Positions 57,808 to 61,723 of a stretch of 61,723 bases of DNA are shown here, one piece after another; position 1 is the stretch's first letter, and every line of letters begins with the position of its first letter. Below the pieces are notes generated by a model that saw nothing but the letters and a program-made list of their open reading frames with translations, did not search any database and was not told the DNA's origin. The DNA is taken from the IMG/VR virus record IMGVR_UViG_3300030376_006080, positions 1 to 61,723 of that record. One strand, written 5' to 3'. The position numbers and the translations under genes are program-made. This DNA comes from a virus. Lineage: Duplodnaviria; Caudoviricetes.

Positions 57808-60800
57808 TGAGTAAAGGTACTTTATTCCTAACCGGCTCCGTACCCGCTAGTGGAGATACAGTAGCATACGTCAAGGGGATAGCCTCCGCTGTTGGCGATA
57901 TGCCATTAAAAATAGGCGCTACTAAATCCTCGACATTCAGAACATTGAGTGTACCGGAAGTTCTCGGTTTTAGGTGTGACGGCATGGGTCTGTTCACACC
58001 CACACCTCTTGGCAGTAGAGTTAACTCTGCTCTTGATCTTCAGTTTGCCGGAGGCTCTGGTGTCAGTCAGGGTATTGACTTGAGTATAGGGAATATCTCT
58101 GCTACAGGCGCGCTAAATTTGGCTATTGGACAGCCTGCGCCAAATAACGCGAATATGAATGTTGCTTTTTCTGGTGTTCACGGAGCGGTAAATAGCATAC
58201 CTTGCGCTGAAGGTAATTTGCGTACTTTTGGAGCGAACATATTAAATAACAATATGACGCTACATATAAATCGAAATTCTGCAACTGGCGCACCTCCTTT
58301 ATATATGGGTTCACCAGATCCCGTAAATGCAGATATGCCTCTTGTGTTAAACACAGAGTTTTTCGGTAGTGGAATTGATTTAGACCAACATGGTCATGCT
58401 CTTGCTTCTTCTAACACCAGTCTATTTCTTAACGACACAAGGATGAGTCAAGATATTGATCTATTTGTCCAAGCTCCTGAGCCGGCAGTTGCTGATGCCA
58501 CGCTATACGCTTCTGGAAGTATTGCACCTTCAGCAAATTCACTGAGCGACAATTTTTCACACCAGTCATTGCCTTCCGTTTCCGACTCACCATTTGATGT
58601 TAGCGGAAATGCGGAAGCTCGCATCGTGTCAACGAACTCTAATTCTATATCTAGAAACAAACTTCTTGGAAGTAGTATGGACTATGGCTATAGGAGAATT
58701 TCTAGTGTTGGTTCCACTATAGCTCAATACAGCGGTCTCTACGCTGATAACTTCTATGAGAATGAGACAAGTAGAACATCTATTGATTCTAACGGCACTT
58801 ATCTAGCAATAGGCTCAAACACCAGCGTGTTATCTACGCAGTATGCGCTGCAAATATTTGAAGTAGTAAACTCGTCTTCTATTAAACTGAAATATACATA
58901 TGACAATTTCTTAGAAGAGCTTAAGACTACTGGTGTAATAAATAGCGATGAAGACTTTATAAAAATATTCTATAAAGATGTTAAAATTTCTTCCGCACAC
59001 AAAATTGCTGTTTCTATACGTGTTGAAGCGTCTTCTTCTTACAAAGATATTGTCTGCATATTAGAACCATCTACAATAACTACATCTACTGTAAATTCAG
59101 ATATTACAGATATATGTGCTTTGAATCCTATTGTGACTAAGCAAATTGTTACTTCTTCTGTTGATGGATGGAAATTAACTAAAGCCGTATCCTCTAAGGC
59201 TTGGACACTTGACACACCTATAGATAAAAAATTAAACATTATTATGGGTACGTCAGTTGCTTGGAATGGTGAAGATCTGTACTTTGATAAACAAAGCAAT
59301 AGATATGCCTCAGTTAAAGTAATGTTGGCTTCTGACTCATACTCTGGCTACACCACTGCCTTCTCTTTTAGTGATACTTCAGACGGTACGGGATATTACG
59401 ACAACAGATATAATTTGCCAGAAGGTACAAAAGTTGGATTTGGTAGTAGAATAATTGTTTCCGGAGATCTCGCCTTTGTCTCGGCTCCGCTCATGGATAA
59501 CTATGTTGCGAACAATACTTTGTCGGCAACAAACGCCTCTTCACCAAATGGCGCAGTTTATATATTTAAAAATGATGGAGGCTGGTCAAATACCGGCTCA
59601 GTATATGCGGGAGGATTTACCTCTGCTAATATTGCAGGCGAAGGTTCTTGTGGATACGAGCCTAAGCTGTTTGGATATGATATAGACTATGATTCTGTTA
59701 GTGAGTTTCTATCTATAGGAGAGCCTGTATCTAAGAAGGCTTACCAGTTTGTTGTTGACTCTGATGGCGTTCCAAGACTGGATAACTCTTACACATCTAC
59801 GAGTAGTAAGTTTGGCTCGTTCGTCAGCTCATCTTCAAGTAGTTTATTTACAAATACAGCATCTGAAGTTCAAGACCCAAGAAATTCTAGTAGTACTAGC
59901 TATTCCTCTAGCAATATAGGTTCGGAAATAGAACAGTATATAGCCGGAGAAAAAATATCTAGTTCTACAGAAACAATAACAATGTGTAAAAAGTTCGACC
60001 TCCTTGGTTCAGCTGTTCTTCTGGTAGGAAGGGACTTTTCGGCAACATATGCTTTAGGCAAGAAGTTAACAGTACAGAAAATCTCGTTGATGAATCTTTC
60101 CGATCTCAGCGGAACACTTATGCTTCAAGGCCCTCTACCATCTACTGGTATAGTAGACTTGTCTATGGAGACGTTTGGCACAGCTAGTAATGACATGAGT
60201 GTCACGTTTGCTGCATATGGCGTAACTGGCGCTACAACATTATACATGGCGTCTCCGGGCGGATCTACTGGAATAATACCATTACACATGAGAGCGAGCA
60301 CAGAGTTAGAGTTCCCACTCTTCATAACTGCCGAAAGAAGACCATCCAGTGGAATTTTGACTACATATATGTCTGGCCCATCCGGACTAACCGGAGCTAT
60401 GAATTTGATGGCTGAACCTCACGCAGCAGCTACTAAACAAGCAGATCTTTCTTTGCTTGGTGCAGCGGGCAATTCAGAACAACTTGGGTTTGATTTGTTC
60501 TTACCACAAGTAGATATATTTGATGCATCTGGCCAACAGAACTTGCAAATCTCAAATGTCATAGGTCTTGGAACAGGGAATATAACTGGACTTAAATCAC
60601 TTTATCTTGGCGCTGGAGACTTTGGCCCTGCTAGCGGAATAACTACCGCTGTGATGAAAGGCCCTGAATTTTTGGTTGGGTCGGGCAATATGGACATCGC
60701 ACTTAGGGTTGACGAACCTAGTGGTACAGATGCCAAAGCTAATGATTTAATGTTACAAAATACACAAACTTCAATACCAAGAAATTCTCTTGTTGGTGGT

Positions 60801-61076
60801 ATAATCACAAGAAAAGGTCTAGATATAGTAATGAATGCTGCTGGCCCTGCTAATTCAGGAGTAGATTTAGTATTATATAGAGAAGGCTTAAGTGGAGGTC
60901 AAGAAATTGAAAAGACTATGAATATGTCGCTGACCAATATTACTGTTAGTTCTAACGTAAATGTGTATACTAGTGGGGCGAACATAGTTAATGGTGATAT
61001 GAATGTCGCTATTTCAGGAGTTTTTGGAGCTACAAACAAAGACGCTTCGTTATATACAAAAGGTTATCAACTGTAG
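57807..61076 (+). CDS. large virion protein with FG-GAP-like propeller flanked by short beta repeats
   Basis: GFGSRIIVSGDLAFVSAP...GAVYIF, LFGYDID...LSIGEP; repeated xxLFI-type strands at both ends. Confidence 0.55.
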   Translation: MSKGTLFLTGSVPASGDTVAYVKGIASAVGDMPLKIGATKSSTFRTLSVPEVLGFRCDGMGLFTPTPLGSRVNSALDLQFAGGSGVSQGIDLSIGNISATGALNLAIGQPAPNNANMNVAFSGVHGAVNSIPCAEGNLRTFGANILNNNMTLHINRNSATGAPPLYMGSPDPVNADMPLVLNTEFFGSGIDLDQHGHALASSNTSLFLNDTRMSQDIDLFVQAPEPAVADATLYASGSIAPSANSLSDNFSHQSLPSVSDSPFDVSGNAEARIVSTNSNSISRNKLLGSSMDYGYRRISSVGSTIAQYSGLYADNFYENETSRTSIDSNGTYLAIGSNTSVLSTQYALQIFEVVNSSSIKLKYTYDNFLEELKTTGVINSDEDFIKIFYKDVKISSAHKIAVSIRVEASSSYKDIVCILEPSTITTSTVNSDITDICALNPIVTKQIVTSSVDGWKLTKAVSSKAWTLDTPIDKKLNIIMGTSVAWNGEDLYFDKQSNRYASVKVMLASDSYSGYTTAFSFSDTSDGTGYYDNRYNLPEGTKVGFGSRIIVSGDLAFVSAPLMDNYVANNTLSATNASSPNGAVYIFKNDGGWSNTGSVYAGGFTSANIAGEGSCGYEPKLFGYDIDYDSVSEFLSIGEPVSKKAYQFVVDSDGVPRLDNSYTSTSSKFGSFVSSSSSSLFTNTASEVQDPRNSSSTSYSSSNIGSEIEQYIAGEKISSSTETITMCKKFDLLGSAVLLVGRDFSATYALGKKLTVQKISLMNLSDLSGTLMLQGPLPSTGIVDLSMETFGTASNDMSVTFAAYGVTGATTLYMASPGGSTGIIPLHMRASTELEFPLFITAERRPSSGILTTYMSGPSGLTGAMNLMAEPHAAATKQADLSLLGAAGNSEQLGFDLFLPQVDIFDASGQQNLQISNVIGLGTGNITGLKSLYLGAGDFGPASGITTAVMKGPEFLVGSGNMDIALRVDEPSGTDAKANDLMLQNTQTSIPRNSLVGGIITRKGLDIVMNAAGPANSGVDLVLYREGLSGGQEIEKTMNMSLTNITVSSNVNVYTSGANIVNGDMNVAISGVFGATNKDASLYTKGYQL

Positions 61077-61091
61077 GAAGGAGCAATATAG

Positions 61092-61723
61092 ATGGCGGTA
61101 ACATTTAATCCAGCTGGTGGAGACTCAGTAGTCATAGGGGGCACTGATGCCACTGGGCCAAACCCTAAGTACAGTATCTCTGCAGAAAGAGTGCAAAGCG
61201 AACAGGGCATCTTGCTTGATGTCATATACAATATCGCTATTACTGGCTCAATGCTTGCAATTGGAAATATAACCACGCCCGGCTCCCGTCAGGGCAGCTT
61301 AATGGCAAGACAAAATGCGCTCTTAGCATTGCTTGAAAACAAGCGACCTACCGGGACATTAGATATAGATCCCTATGGATCAGGTTCAGCTGGCCAAAAC
61401 TTCACCTTTACTGACGCAAGATTAGTTTCTGTAGATTTTCCTGAAGGGGACGACGAAACTGGCGGTACTCAAACCGCAGAGTACACATTTAATTTTGAAG
61501 CGCATGCTGCCGATAGTGGAAAACAGGGCTCCATATACTACTTAAGTTCTGCTGAAGAAAACTGGAGTCTTGCTGAAAATGAAGGGCAAATTTTCGTTGA
61601 CTCAGAAGCCACTGTTGCAGACGATCCAGATACAGAAGATGATGAAGCTGCCGACGCTAAATCGGGGCTTTCTGGCACTTTATTTAAAACTTATACTCTA
61701 ACTCATACGATTAGCGCTACGGG
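61092..61723 (+). CDS. tail-associated protein (truncated at window edge)
   Basis: Manual translation MAVTFNPAGG...open to the end; AAGGAG SD. Confidence 0.6.
   Translation, partial: MAVTFNPAGGDSVVIGGTDATGPNPKYSISAERVQSEQGILLDVIYNIAITGSMLAIGNITTPGSRQGSLMARQNALLALLENKRPTGTLDIDPYGSGSAGQNFTFTDARLVSVDFPEGDDETGGTQTAEYTFNFEAHAADSGKQGSIYYLSSAEENWSLAENEGQIFVDSEATVADDPDTEDDEAADAKSGLSGTLFKTYTLTHTISAT

Noticed and set aside
24798-61276. Numerous minus-strand ORFs in the late region (e.g. 28106-28768, 48769-49509) and plus-strand ORFs in the early region
   Set aside because: They are antisense shadows of well-supported genes, with no recognisable motifs.

Overview
This is a segment of a large tailed dsDNA phage genome with a siphovirus-like tail module, in two divergent halves that meet at about 23.2-24.2 kb. 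The host may be a planctomycete (weak inference). The left half (1-23 kb) is almost all minus strand and looks like an early/accessory region. It has about 50 small ORFs and four tRNA genes (Asp-GTC, Glu-TTC, CAT probably Ile2, Arg-TCT). Recognisable genes there include a phosphomannomutase-like HAD, a mannose-6-phosphate isomerase-like cupin, a methyltransferase, a DenV-like glycosylase, an M19 dipeptidase, a SNase, DUF932 and GP88-like. At least 21 sigma70-like promoters drive it, most with an extra CGAT spacer motif. The most striking signal is at 11.7-22.3 kb: eight copies (plus a half copy) of a fixed-length 55-bp tripartite dyad element. It sits after stop codons or terminators and just upstream of promoters, cutting the region into cassette-like units. 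Some units carry one acidic mini-protein or an ORF-less structured RNA. A phased array of TGTCN-N3-TGGC sites plus a G7 run at 23.1-23.2 kb is a candidate genome end or packaging site. The right half (24.2-61.7 kb, plus strand) is the late region: sigma-like factor, probable TerS, Gmd, HNH, ERCC4 nuclease, ClpP, TerL, portal, protease/scaffold, capsid proteins, neck and tail genes, a 2439-aa tape measure protein and large FG-GAP-like tail-tip proteins. Its operons are preceded by a TTTTGTGTATA motif. All calls are by eye; no searches were run.
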